From the human T2T-CHM13v2.0 reference genome, Homo sapiens: a stretch of 64,000 nucleotides of DNA. Below the pieces are notes generated by a model. It was not told the DNA's origin. It did not search any database and was given only the letters and a program-made list of their open reading frames with translations. A program made the translations under genes and the position numbers. The stretch's first letter is position 1, and the number at the start of each line of letters is the position of its first letter. Shown in pieces: positions 1 to 15,559 of the stretch. The DNA lies in the NCBI RefSeq assembly GCF_009914755.1, contig NC_060926.1. One strand, given 5' to 3'.

Positions 1-179
1 TGAAGCACTTGAATATTTACAAAAAATGAACAAAAGGACTACGAGGGAAACAATGATAGGTCAAAATGTAGAAATATTAAAGATTAAATTCTGAGGGCTC
101 AATTCACCAAATCTAGAATATAATAAACAGTGGAACAAAGATACTTCAAACTATAAAAGCATGTCCCTGTTTTTTGTTT

Positions 180-830
180 TGTTTTGTTTGTTTGTTTTCA
201 GCTGTGTAACCACTTATTTGCCTTCTGGCACTAAAAGCTTGCTTCAGGCTCATCTGGAGCGTTACCTGACCCATCCCTAAAATCAACCATTTCTACAAGG
301 AGCCCTTGTTGTTTTCATTGGATAATGGTATCAGGAGCCAAACACCAGGTGATAGACATGCTCATGGCTTCCCAATTTAGACTGGAAACTGGTAAGTTTC
401 CAGTCTAAACATCACTTTTCTGGTGTTAATTCGTTCAACTCCTTATCTCCACCCCATACAGTGAGGTCATGTTGTGTTTTTTATTCAGTTAGATTCATTT
501 ATCATAGTCTCCATTCTATTTTGGGATCCTAGGCACTTGGTGGGTTTTTTTTAATACATTGAAGTTTATCCTTAGGGATGTACAATTTTATAGATTTTGA
601 TAAATGCATAAAGCCATGTATCCAGCACTCCAGTATCATACAGAATTGTTCCATTACCACAAAGATTCTCTTGTGTATCCTTTTATAGTCAGCCATCCTT
701 TCTCTACAACTAACAAGCATTGCTCTATTTTCCATTCCTTAGTTTTGCCTTTTTAGAATGTTACATGACTGGAATAATACAATATTTAATTTTTGAGTCT
801 GGCTTTTTTCATGGAACAAAACACAATTTG
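180..830 (-). mobile_element. Old L1 (L1MC/L1ME-like) 3' fragments
   Basis: Degenerate antisense L1 3'UTR-type text (ttttgcctttttagaatgttacatgactggaataatacaatat...gagtctggcttttttc); boundaries approximate. Confidence 0.55.
376..409. repeat. Perfect inverted repeat, 15-bp arms with 4-nt loop
   Basis: TTTAGACTGGAAACT (376-390) GGTA AGTTTCCAGTCTAAA (395-409). Confidence 0.95.
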
Positions 831-2236
831 ATCCATGAATTCCAAGGCTGGGTCAGAAAATCTCCAAATAAGTCCAGAATATTTTGTTTTTACAAATAAA
901 GGATGCTTTCAAAAATGCCTACAGTAGCTTTAAAAAAGCATTAAGAAGTTGCCCTGATGGAAAGATCAAGTAGTGACCACTTAAATGTTAAATATAATAA
1001 ATATTTATAGCTAACTAGAACCAGTAAAGTTTGTAAGGAACCATTAATTCATAATGATACTCAAAATGAACAAATAATATAAAATATACCAGAGAAAAAT
1101 CATACTGACCCAAATTATTCATGCTTACTCCTTGCTAAAAAAAATGAATTATTGAATTTTTAAATGAAATGCCTGTTTGTTTAGTTCATACACCTCATAC
1201 TCCCTAATAAATTATTCAAATACTTACCATAATAATAGGAATTAAAACTTGTTTCTGCTATTTTGCCAGAGATATGTAGACCTACGCAGCTTATGTTCCA
1301 ATTAAAATGAATCATTGACAAGGAAATTAACTACAGAATTGAATCTAAACAGCCTGCGCCTTTGAGAGACTGGCTGGTTATAGAAAGTAGTACTGTTTGA
1401 TTCACCTAGTCTTAAAACACACACTTGAAATATTTCATAGTTCATTGTACCTAGTGAGCACAGTCAAATAATCATATTCTCTAGAATGACTGGGAAGGGA
1501 ATTAGTTCAGGAAGGAAAAAGAACAGAAAACACACTTGAGCAAACAGTAGAAAAGCTGTGGCACTGAGGACAGTCCTTACCCTATTTTTCATGTCAGCAC
1601 CTGTGTGTCTCTGTAATGAACTCTGGAGTTCGTAGGGTGTCTTTATCTCTACTGAGATTTGTTCTATGTGGTTTCTTCCCTAGAAAATCATCTCCATAAA
1701 TTTCCATACCCTTTACCATTAAAGTAACTTTCATTCATCTTCAACTTTTGCTTCCTCTATTCTCTCCTTAAAAATCTTTGCATTTATCCCACCAGGTATA
1801 AATTTTGATTACCATACAATTATTATTTTAAAAAACTAAAGATGAAAATAAAAATAAACCAAAGCAAAGGAATGAAGTGCCCAAGAGATATCAAGGACTT
1901 AGGTAAGAAACAAAAGGTTAACTGGTAATCTAATGCAGTAGCTGATATTTTAAATTCACAAAATTGATCAACCATTAGGTAGCCTAATAAATCATAAAAA
2001 AGGGAAAAGAAATCCAGATATCTAACAGTAAATTAACTGAATATACAGAAGACAAAAATATAAAATTTTTGTTTGTCATTAAACCATTAGTTATGCCTCA
2101 TTAAGGGATGGAAAAGCCACACCTATAAAACATCTTTGAAGAATTTGAGGCAATTATCTAAGGACGAGACTCCACCTTATGCAACATGCCCATATTGATT
2201 CACAGGTGAATTACTTTCACCTATTAAGAAACTAAT

Positions 2237-2545
2237 GGCCAGGTGTGGTAGCTCATACCTATAATCCCAAGCACTTTGGGAGGCCCCGGTGGGAGGATAG
2301 CTCGCGCTCAGGGATTTGGGACCAGCCTAGGCAACATAGTGAGACCCCATCTCTTCCCTCCCACGAAATTTTTTTAATTAGCTGGGTGTGCAGTGTTGCA
2401 TGCCTGTAGTCCCAGTTACTTGGGAGGCTGAGGCAGGAGGATCACTTGACCCCAGGAGTTCAAGGCTGCAGTGAACCATGTTTGTGCAGCTACACTCTAG
2501 CCTGAGCAACAGAATGACAGCCTGTCTCAAAAAAGAAACACAAAA
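2237..2545 (+). mobile_element. AluJ-type SINE
   Basis: ggccaggtgtggtagctcatacctataatccc...ggagttcaaggctgcagtga...cctgtctcaaaaaa; AluJ-type right arm. Confidence 0.9.
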
Positions 2546-2874
2546 CCCACTAACAATTTTTACCTAATTTACTCCTAAAATGAAGAACATTTTCTATTTT
2601 TAAGCCAGCATAACAGATATGAAAATAAATAATGAAGATTGAAAAAAAAACTTTACAGGTATCATTTATTGAGCAATGATATAAAATATAATATAGAAAA
2701 GATTGGAAAGTGAAATCAAATGCATATTAATGAATAATTCATTTTGATGTTTATTTTGGCAAAATGAAAGTAGAATTTAAGGAAGCCTATTAATATAACT
2801 CAAAATTGAAAATAATGGTTTCCTTAACATATGCTAAATGTTTAATATATAAGAACTATTCCTGACATTTATAG

Positions 2875-3473
<599 letters not shown>

Positions 3474-5873
3474 ATTTTAGAAAAATATGTTTATGCCAAT
3501 ATAGATAGATAACTTCTTTAAAAATAACTTAAAAGTAATATAAAAATTGTGATTAATTATGAATCATAAGAAACAGTCTAATAAATTTCAGGAAGAAAAT
3601 AATTTCCCACCTACAACATAAGTATTTAATGTTCTTTTGGGAGTGAATGGCACATAATGTGAAGAAATATAAATGAAAAAAATCAATGAATTAATGAATT
3701 GTTCCATTATTGGTTTTGAGAACCATTTGCTCATCTATCTAGGGGAAGTAAATCTGGTTTCTTATTCACTCCATACCTCAAATCATTCTATATGAATAAA
3801 TAAAGGTAATATAAAAAGAATATACCTATGTGTTAATCAAATGAAGTGTGCATGCTTTTGAAGTAAAAATTTTTCTAAGAAATCACATCTAAAATCCACA
3901 AAAGAAAAGGCTGATTGATTACATACATTTTTGCTTAAAGATAACAATATTAATTACAATAACAAAAATATCTCAAATATTTAAAAAATTAAAATGACAA
4001 TGCAAATATGAATCAGATAGTTATTTAGCACAAAATTTTCATTGAAATATTCAAAGAAAACAGTAGCCTGGTTGAAAAATGGAAGTTTATAGAAAACAAT
4101 TATTACAAATGACAAATTGGCATAAGAAAATTTGTTAAAACTTTTCAATAAAGAAGAAAATAGGACTGACAATTACAGTGAGATAATAGCTTTTATAGAT
4201 AAGATTGAAAATGCTTACCATTTGATGATGCTCAGAAAAGAATATGGAAAAATAGCCACTTCCATACAATGGCAATAAAATAATAAATTTGCTAATTTTG
4301 GGGGGCAATTCGTTAACGTTTATCAATATTTTAAATGCATATGCCCTTTTTAACACTACAATTTCACCAATTAAAATTTGTCTTAAAGAAATATAAAGAT
4401 TAAAATAGGATTTATATTAAGAATTAACTAGAAACAACTCAAAAGTATAATCAGAAAATAACTAGTTCATTTAAATATAGTACAGCTTCACAATAAAATT
4501 CAATGTATTGTATTTTATTGTGAGACTATGTCATAGTTAATTAATTATTCATTTTTATTAACTTTTAAATTAAGAAAACAAAGCTGATTGGGACCTAGTG
4601 TGTGGTTTAAAAATTATAAATGTATATATGTAATAATGCATAGAAAGAATATGGAACACACCAAATATATACATAAAACTGTAACGCCTGTGGAGGAGGG
4701 TTGCAGAGGGAAATTTTCCTTTTCCTTTTAGAAATAATCAGATAAGTACTTATGGATAATTAGTTTCAGAAATATATATAGGACATAATAGATAATGAAA
4801 GACCTCAGCTGGTGAAGAGGCCTGTGAAGGAACAGGAGAGAAAAGAAGGGAGAAATAAGGAAGGGAGAAAAATTCAGGCTCACATATAATTTTAATTCAT
4901 TTTTGGAATGTCCTCAGTAATCTGTTTTAAAATTAAAAGTTTTGCTTTCATGATTTTATTTCAGTGCCCCCATTTCATTTATTTTGACACACTATTTAAA
5001 ATTCCCCAAAAATAATGAGCTAAAAAAAATGATTAGTAAAATGCCTAGATCTGCAACTTTATTTGGGATTTTTTGCATTTGTACCAGGAAAAGAGATTAC
5101 TAGCTTGGCAGTAAACTTCCCTCATTAGCTGCAGAACTTAGCAAAAGAATGTCGAGTAAATTCACACTGACCGTTATCTTCTTTCATCCTTTTGGCATAC
5201 TGGGCCCATTTTGTGTTGTCCTTTGTACTTTCCACCCTTTGGCTACAAATCTCATTTTGATCATTTTTAGTATTTTTTAAGAAAGTACAACACTTGTCGC
5301 TTTCTGCAAAATTCTGTCAGCTATAAGACTCGGGGTACGATCTACAACTAAACAAGTACGTGCTCATTTGTAAGTATCTGGAATAGTCCTACAAACCATT
5401 GTACCATAAGAATGATAAAATTAACCAAACACAAACAAAAAACACTGAAAATCTTTTTCACAATTAAAAACTGGTAGCTATTTCAGCCACATTTCAAAAT
5501 AATTTAGTTATTTTTTAAGGCCCAAATTCATAAGGGCCACTTTTAGTTTTCCTTTTGTTTATTCACTTATTTAAAACAAAAATGAACAAAAAATAATACT
5601 CCTCCCCCAAATATTAATAATTCAATTGGTTTGGGGTGACCATATAGAAGATGTTTAGAAAGGTTTACTAGGTCACTAAAAGAAACCAATTTGTGAACAA
5701 AACAAAACAAAATGTACACTTTTTATTTAAGTTTCAATTCCATCTCTTCCATCTCTTCAACTTTGGCCTCAGAGTATTTGGGCAGTAAGGACTGATGAGT
5801 TCTAAATTAGTGGGAGGAGGAGGAGGGGGAGAAACTGATTCGATATAAATTTTTAAGAGATTCCTGGAGGTGA

Positions 5874-7700
<1,827 letters not shown>

Positions 7701-7785
7701 AAGAGAGTGTGGAGTTGAACATCAGGGAAAAGGTGGGTTTGAAGAGAGAGTGAGTGTCCTATGGGCAATTCTGAAAGAAAGATGA

Positions 7786-8190
7786 TGTCTTAGGCAATCC
7801 TTGCATCACTATAAATACCTGGCTAGGTAATTTATAAAGAAAAGATGTTTAATTGGCTCACAGTTCTGCATGCTGTACGGAAAGCTTGGTGTTGGCATCT
7901 GCTTGGCTTCTGATGCAACCTCAGGAATCTTACCACCATGGCAGAAGGCAAAGGGAGAGCACGCATAACACATGGTGAGAGTGGGAGTAAGAGAGAGAAG
8001 GGGGAGGTGACATATGCTTTTATACAACCAGGTATCATGAGAACTCACTCACTATAGTGAGCACAGCACCAAGGTATTCATGAGGAACCCATCCCCATGA
8101 CCCAAACGTCTCCCACCAGGCCCCACCTCCAATACTGGGGGTCACATTTCAACATGAGATTTGGAGGGGACACATGTCCAAACCATATCA
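7786..8190 (-). mobile_element. MST-family (MSTA/B) MaLR solo LTR
   Basis: gtaatttataaagaaaagatgtttaattggctcacagttctgc...acatgagatttggaggggacacatgtccaaaccatatca. Confidence 0.9.
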
Positions 8191-10711
8191 CATGGGAAAG
8201 TAAAAATGAGGCTGCTGAACTTGGAAGATGATGATGGATCTGCCTTTATAGACTCCTTCAGAGAGTAGAAAATCGTATGAATATAAAGGTCAGAGGAAAC
8301 AAGACTGTAGAAAACTTTAAAAACTGTATGATGGAGATTAGATGAAATGTTAATAATAACGAGAGTTCTGATGATTTAAATGTCTCTCATTCCATTTTTG
8401 GAAAACATTGGTTTAAGAGGTGAAATTACTCAAAAATATTCCATTATACTAAAATGTTTACCACTTTTTACTACAACCATATGTTAAAAGTATTTTCTTT
8501 ATTCACTTAACTGAGCTTTTAATGGATTAAATTGTTCAAAACATCACTATTATGCTTTGGGGCCTTTTAGTCATCACATAATTGCTATGTACTCTTTTCC
8601 AGCTGTATATTAACATAAAAATGCAAGCATTATTTTTGCAAATATTGCATACCAAAGCTGAAATTTTGTTTGATAATAGAAAAAATTAAGACAAAAATGC
8701 TTTAGAGTGCTCTATAGTTCACATGATTTGATAGCTATGTACACTTTTTTTTAATTTGAAGACCTCAATTTAATCCTAAATATTAGGTATGGTTTAAGAC
8801 ATTTGCTAATTAAAGAAGTAAAATCTAACATTTAAATGAAATAAATTGATATGAAAAATCAAGTTATAGCTTGACAAGTTTACTTCAGTTATCACTGCGT
8901 GCATCACTTAGTTCTTTTAAAGCATTTACACATTCCCCATGGTACTGCAATTCTAGGACTAGAAACAGGCATATGCTCAATGGGGCACCACTTGGAACTT
9001 CTAAAGATGCTACACCAAGTACCCTTTTCAGGTTTACATAGGCTCCTAATTTTTCATTATGTTTCATCTCAGTTCACATATACTCTGCTTGCTTTCTTCT
9101 CATATAGTAGATACTATCACATCTTCAGTTTCCTCTCTGCCTCTGAGTAAAACAAATTCCAGGGGCAGACTTAAAGGTAACCCCCTCAGTTACCAATTTT
9201 CTTGATGGTCTCAAACATTGACAGTTTCTACTTAAGGACTTTAAATTTACACCCCTGAGGGAAAAACCAAAGGAGGGAGGAGTAAGCAAATTATAGATAA
9301 TCAGAAATAATTCTGCATATTTTTTGTGTGGCAGTGAGTTTACATGCTTGTGCAATCTCCACCCCAACCCCATGGGACAGGTCCTTTTTAAATTCTGGTT
9401 TTTCAAAGGAAACAAATGAGTTTTGGCCAAGTAACATGCTCAGAGATGCACAGAAATAGTGAAACAGACATTAAAACCTAGGTTGTCTGATATCAGAACC
9501 CCAAGTCTTAACTTCTACATTACAATGCATCAATGAATAATTAAACATTAAAAAAATCTTACCTACCTCTTAAAGATATGCTTTATAGCTTCCGAGGTGG
9601 TAAATCTGGTGCATAAACCATAGTATTCCTTTGATATTGCCTTTGATTATCTCAAATCCTGAAGATGAAAGTTACATAAAATAACAGATTTACCCTGTGC
9701 TTTGAGGTTTCAAAGTGTGATAACATTTCTCTTAGTTTCTCTCATATTTCTACTCTCCAGGAAATATTGTTTATACTTTTGCCTTTAAAAGTATGAAGGC
9801 AATTCCATCCCCATTCCACCCTGCCAAGAATGGTCAGTGAAACTGGGAAGACACTATTGGATATTGATATTTAAGATTTCTTGGTCACCACATAGCAGAT
9901 GAAAGGCATTGTCATCTCATTTGTTAATCAAATGGATGACAAATTTGCTCAGGCCCCTTGATATTAAGATATCTTAAAAGCCGAGCATTGGCAGGAACTG
10001 TTTTTCCAATAATTGAGAAAGATCTGCTTAAGCCAATCTTAGATCGTCTACACTCCAGTGCACTTTGTAATCAAATAGAGTTAGTTTAAAAATTGATTTA
10101 CTCTTTTTATTCCAATAACAGGTATTAGAGATCCCCCCTGTAGTCTCTCCAATAGATATCAACTCCTATATTCTTCATTACTGAATGAGATATTCACAAC
10201 TGCTGTACCAGTCAGGAAAGCAGAATTATGCTGCAGTAATAAACTATCCCCATTTTTTGTGCATGGTTTATTCAAGAATATATTCATTTTAGGTACAGCC
10301 AAAGGAAGAAGAGCCTTGAATAATTACAGGTAGAGGAAATAAACCAAAAATGTAAAAATTAAAAATGGGTATGAATGACAAAGAGATCCAAAAAAACTGT
10401 ATCACTGGATCAGTAACCTTTGTTGACATTTAAAATTTTAATTTTGGAGAATCTTAGCTATGGGAGGTTAAGGAAGGGAATTTGAGATAGAGAGTTCTCC
10501 TTAGACATGGAGATAAATGTAGCTAGATGTCACAGCTAGAGAGTAATTAATTGCCTAATGCTACCAAGAAGAACTCAGAGAAACAAGGAATAAGTATGGG
10601 ACTGGGATGAAATGATGGTGAATGACTTCTTGGAAGGGGTAAAAATTCAAATGGAATTTAAGTTTGGTGAAATTATAAAGTAATTAATTGAAAAGAGGAA
10701 AAGCACTACAG

Positions 10712-10800
10712 GTCCATACAATAAATAAAGGCCCAGGAGCCATATGAGAATAAGTCCATAAAATAAATAAAGGCTGGGAGCCATATAAGAATAAGCCACA
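10712..10800. repeat. ~42-bp imperfect tandem duplication
   Basis: gtccata(c/a)aataaataaaggc..ggagccatat(g/a)agaataag occurs twice (starts 10712 and 10754). Confidence 0.85.
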
Positions 10801-11354
10801 CAGGTAAGGATAAAGTTAAACTAGACTGAGAAGAAGACTGCTGACTTCCAGCCTGTGCTGGCTGGGTGCATTACTTTCAATTGGTCATTTAAATTATTTT
10901 CTAACCTGAAGAATGAAAGTGTTAAATTTTGACCTCTTTAACTCTACAATAGAATGACTTTTTTCTTTGTATTTTATGTCTTCAGAACCTCACGTTTCTT
11001 CTGAGCAAGTTGCTTCTCATTTTTAGACTGCTATAATCTGATGGTGTCTGAAAATGTCTAAATGCAGAGATGTAAAATGTGTCATTTAGCTGATTCCAAA
11101 TACAGATAATTATTTGTTAATTTTTTTCTATATTTATGTTCATTTTTTTTTGAGAACTGTGTTCTTATTTAGGTATGTGTTAAAAGCCAGAGACCACAGT
11201 AACTATGAAGAATTTTAGGTATAAAATACCCAACGAGAACCACTTCCAGTGTTACCCTGGCTAGCCACAAATAGCTCTAGGGTAGACAAAGAAACAAATT
11301 TCAGTCTATTTCAAGAAAGTGCAGAAGATTCTAATAAGCAGATTCTAACAGTAA

Positions 11355-11480
11355 TGTGTGAGATATATATGTGTGTATATGTGTGATATATACATATATA
11401 TGTGTGAGATAATGTGTGTGTATATATATACACACACACATACACACACATATTTATGTATAACATACATAAATATATAG
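11355..11480. repeat. Compound TA/TG/CA microsatellite
   Basis: Direct reading. Confidence 0.85.
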
Positions 11481-11718
11481 AATTAGAGAAAGTTGTGTTA
11501 TAATTAGTGTATATTTGGACAGCAGACTTAAAAATTTCTAAAAGCATTGCAAATAAGTAATCTGCCATCAGTTATCCCAGGCTAAGTATACGGACTACAG
11601 TGGCAAATAATTTGGGAAGAATGATAGAGTGAGATTGTATTCCTAGACTAGTTATTCATCAGTGGACAAAAACCAAAGCTGACCAATAAGTTTGATTGTC
11701 CTGCTTCTACATTTAAGC

Positions 11719-12297
11719 AGTTGGGGCTCAGAAAGTGATACCCTTATAACTGGCATTTTGACATGTTGAGAGGCCTTGGAAGCTGCCTCAGAATCAAGGT
11801 CCTACAGACTTCTCTTGTTCTCCTGATAGAGAGGGACTCTCTCTGGAATTTTCTTATCTGATCAAGAAAGATTCTTTCCAAAATAAATGCAATTGCCTTA
11901 AATCACCTCCCTTAGGATCTTATTGAATAATCAGGAAAGATCAACCATAGAAGAAAAGAGACTGGGAGTCACCGCTATGCCAGAAAGACTTTTCATCTAT
12001 TCTAAGGGAAGCTCCAAAAGATTACCTGAGGAACTTTGTATAATAAGTCAAGCTTTGTTTTTGTGCAGCTCTACCTCTTGCCATGAAATTTGCCTTCCAC
12101 CTCCCAGGTCCATGGATCTCTCTCCTATGAGGAGAATATTTAAACATCAAACATCTGGTTCCTCTTTGACTTAATATTTTGCATGACCCCCCTATGCATA
12201 CGGGTGCACATTAATAAACTTTGTATACCTATCTATTGATCTACCTTTTGTTAGCAAACCTTCAGAAAGTAAAAAAAAGTTTCCCTTTGCCCATATA
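11719..12297 (+). mobile_element. ERV1 solo LTR, MER34/MER39-like
   Basis: Starts (a)gttggggctcagaaagtgatacc, has aataaa near 12213, ends gcaaaccttcag...tttccctttgcccatata; 4-bp TSD aagc at 11715-11718 and 12298-12301. Confidence 0.8.
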
Positions 12298-12519
12298 AAG
12301 CCTGAAGTGAAATATTGGATCTGGCCTCTTTCTATGATGATAGATACATGAGACTATGAATAGACTCAATCAGGACACCTAGTGCCTCTAGTACCTCCCT
12401 TAATGTCTAGGTGAAACTGTCCTAGACATACTTCCTTCTATCTTTTTTCCTCTCTTTTTAAAGACAGGGATAGGGAGGAGTGAGTTCACCAGGTCTTCCT
12501 CTAGGTATGCATTTTGCCT

Positions 12520-14240
12520 TTCTTAGTGTCTGCCAATTTGAACAATTGTGTCTGTTGTAGGTTGATGTTGATATAATAATTATCTACTTCTTATGTATCA
12601 CATTTTTCTATCTTTTTGCATGCCTAGCATTCTTTTAATGTCAGAAATTTGAAATTTTATGTCTTTGGTTGATGGATATTTTTATATTCCTATAAATATC
12701 ATTGTGGTTTGTTTTGGGATATAGTTATTTGGAAGACATTTGATCCTTTTGAGTTTTTTTTTTTAGATCCATTACTAGCTGTGTTATTACTTAGAAAGCT
12801 TCTGATTAGTTTCTTCAGTATCCCAAGGAATATAAAGTTTGCAATTCTGGGTGATGGGCACCATATGTGAGTATTGGATACTATTCCCTCTATCTTTCCT
12901 GGTGGCTCTTTCCAAGGTCTCAGGTATTTTCTTTTATGCATATGTTTATATTGCAACTGCTTTTAAATAGAAAGGAGCTCAGGTCCTCCTCCTACAGCAA
13001 GTTTCCTCTTCAGAATTGAGCCAGGGCTAAAAAGGCAACAGACCCTTTTCTCTGGGAGGGTCATACTACCAGCCTCAGCAGGATTTCCTCCAAAAGTTAT
13101 ACTCCTTTTGTTCAGCACTTGGCACTTAAGGAAAAGGGAACAACAAGACCAGCCCAGACTTATCGGGATTCCCACGCAGCCACTCCTTTTGTGCTTCTTT
13201 GTCTTCATCTGCTTTGGGAGCCGACCCTCCCAGGAAGGCAGATAGTGTGGAGGATACACTAGCCATTTGACTGGGGTTCACTTCCTCCTTGTTGCCCCAC
13301 ATTTAACAATTCTTGGGCCAATTCCTCCTCCAGCTTCTCTAGTTCCTCCAACAGTTCATGATCACCCACATCTTCTTCAAAACCCACAGGTCAAGAAATG
13401 GCATCTGAGATCTGCTGGGCCACCTCCTGCTATTCTGTGATGTCATCCATCAGTTCATCTACCTTGCCAATGTCCAGGTCCTGGTAGGCAGCTAACCATG
13501 CCTCAGGCAGCTAACTACAAAGTACAAAACATTTTTGCATTGGTAGTGGCATTCTCAATGACTTCATGCTGAAACTCTAGGGTGGATGATGTTCTATCAG
13601 TTTGTGCCAGCTGCTGTTCCCATCTTTTTTTCCCCTGTAAAGCCTGCAGAGCAGCTCTCTTATTCTTGGAACCATGGTTCTTTGAAAGTCTGTTCTCAAT
13701 GCTGCTAATGAACAATTCATGTTGAATTGTCTGCTCCAGAAACTCCTGTTTCTTGATTACCATCTCCTCTGTCTCCTTCAATTTCTATATTGTTTCTTCA
13801 GGGGTTTCACTCCTCTTCTGCTCCTTCCTCAAGAGTTTTCTGGGACGACTCATGGCAAGCTTGCCTCTCTAGCCTCTGCTTCTGGGCATCCTCCACAGTT
13901 CTGCCTTGTGTTGATCATTATTCTGCCCAATACTCAAGAAGGACCCTCTGCAGGTCTATGGACTTCTCGCTCTGAATATCACTAGAATTATCTCTCCATG
14001 CTCCTCTTTCTGTTACAAAGTCTATCCTCCTTCGTCTCGCTGGATTCCACTTCCATATTCTCGACTCAGAGAGTCTCCCAGACTCTTTTTAGATTCTGTT
14101 TTCTTGCGCTGTGTCCTGGAAACTCTCTTAAGGCAATGCACTTGGACAATTTTAGGGCTTTCTCTTTTATTTCCCATATCTCAGGGAACACTGTTCTTTG
14201 TTTCCTGATATATCTTGTTTTGAAGATTGTTGTTTCATAT
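12520..14240 (-). mobile_element. Old L1 (L1MC/L1M4-like) fragment hosting the CHMP4A retrocopy
   Basis: L1-like text stops at caggtattttcttttatgcatatgtt (~12946) and resumes as gtgttgatcattattctgcccaatactcaagaaggaccctctgcagg (~13908). Confidence 0.65.
12946..13907 (-). pseudogene. Processed pseudogene of CHMP4A (ESCRT-III Snf7 family)
   Basis: ATG at 13853; intronless translation TPEETI*KLKETEEMVIKKQEFLEQTIQHEL...KNKRAALQAL..KKRWEQQLAQTDRTSSTLEFQHEVIENATTNA...AYQDLDIGKVDELMDDITE*QEVAQQISDAIS matches CHMP4A (EQQLAQTDGTLSTLEFQREAIENATTN); several stops and frameshifts; ends ..AWES near 13166; 5' leader and 3'UTR remnants flank it. Confidence 0.93.
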
Positions 14241-14738
14241 CATTTCCCCCCCGATTTTGAGTTTGCTTCACATGTAAAGTTTCTGCTACACCATCTTGGC
14301 CAGAAGCTTCCCTTATGCTTTACAGGTAGATATAATTTCTACTATTCCCTCCAGGATAGAATATTGCTTCTGATTTACCATCTGACTGGCAACGAAGAGA
14401 GGCAGTTACACAGCTTCCATTTCTACAGCAGCTGTTATACAGGACAGTGACCAATTTTTGAGTTCTACCAAATTTTTTATAGTTCATTTTCAATATACTT
14501 TTGTGTACATGGAAAAATAACTGCCAGTTAAGTTTGTGGATAGAGAAGACACACTGAGGGCCACAGCATGTGTCACAACTTCGTTTATTATCTGTTCCCT
14601 TATGTTTTTCCCATTAGAGAGCCTAATGATTATTTTGGACCCTGAATAGAGTATCAGCCTAATTTCTGTGTCCAGTCATCCTCAAAATGTTTGTGTATTT
14701 ATGTTTCCTGGTATGCCCTTCCCTAAGTAAGTGGCAAT

Positions 14739-15112
14739 TGTATTATTCTGTTCTCAATACTGCTAATAAAGATATACCCAAGACTGGGTAATTTATAACG
14801 GAGAGAGGTTTAATGGGCTCACAGTTCCACATGGCTGAGGAGGCTTTGCAATCATGGCAGAAGGCAAATGAAGAGCAAAGTCACATCTTACATGGCAGCA
14901 GGCAAGAGAGCTTGGGAAGGTGAACTCCCATTTATAAAACCATCAGAGCTCATGAGACTTATTCACTGCCACAAGAACAGTATGGGGGAAATCGCCACCC
15001 CCCCACCCCCCCGCCCATGATTCAATTATCTCCACCTGCTCCCACCCTTGAAACATGGCGGTTATTACAATTCAAGGTGAGATTTGGGTGGAGACACAGT
15101 CAAATCATATCA
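14739..15112 (-). mobile_element. THE1-family (THE1C/D-like) solo LTR
   Basis: tgtattattctgttctc...gatttgggtggagacacagtcaaatcatatca; 5-bp TSD gcaat at 14734-14738 and 15113-15117. Confidence 0.93.
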
Positions 15113-15326
15113 GCAATAGATCCATTTGAGGAAGTACTATGGGAATTATTGTAACATCATTCCCCCCAAATACTCATTGTCTACCGTAGTCAATTGGTAC
15201 TGGATCTGAAAAACTGTCCCTAAACAGAAATTAATTCAGAAATTGTGACTTGTTTGCGTATGGTTGCCTTTAGCCCCTGAATAACTATATTTGACTTCTT
15301 TGATTCTATCCACCTCATCCCTACCT

Positions 15327-15532
15327 TGGTGTTTCTCAACCTCAGATACATGGATATTATTGTTTGCATATTTCTTTCTTGTGGGGGCTATTCTGTGTAT
15401 TGTGTGATGCTTAGCAGCAACTTTGGCCTCTACTATTCTGATGCCAGCAGCATCATTCTGCCAAAGTGACAGCCAGCAATATTCCTAGACCTTGTGCAAT
15501 TTAGAAAACTTTTTCCTGGTTGAGAACCACTT
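15327..15532. mobile_element. MER20 hAT DNA transposon
   Basis: gtttctcaacctc...gtgggggctattctgtgtattgt...ttagcagca...ggcctctac...ctggttgagaaccact. Confidence 0.8.
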
Positions 15533-15559
15533 TCTAGGAACTTTAAGTATTTTTAAGCA

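Noticed and set aside
5080-5400. Unique sequence with a few CpGs and splice-like motifs
   Set aside because: No convincing reading frame or paired strong splice sites; cannot be supported from sequence alone
13515-13781. 88-aa Snf7-like ORF as a functional gene
   Set aside because: TAG two codons upstream of its non-ATG start, downstream stops and frameshifts, no introns; pseudogene fragment
13998-14450. 150-aa hydrophobic ORF
   Set aside because: Largely antisense old L1 sequence; T-rich composition explains the open frame
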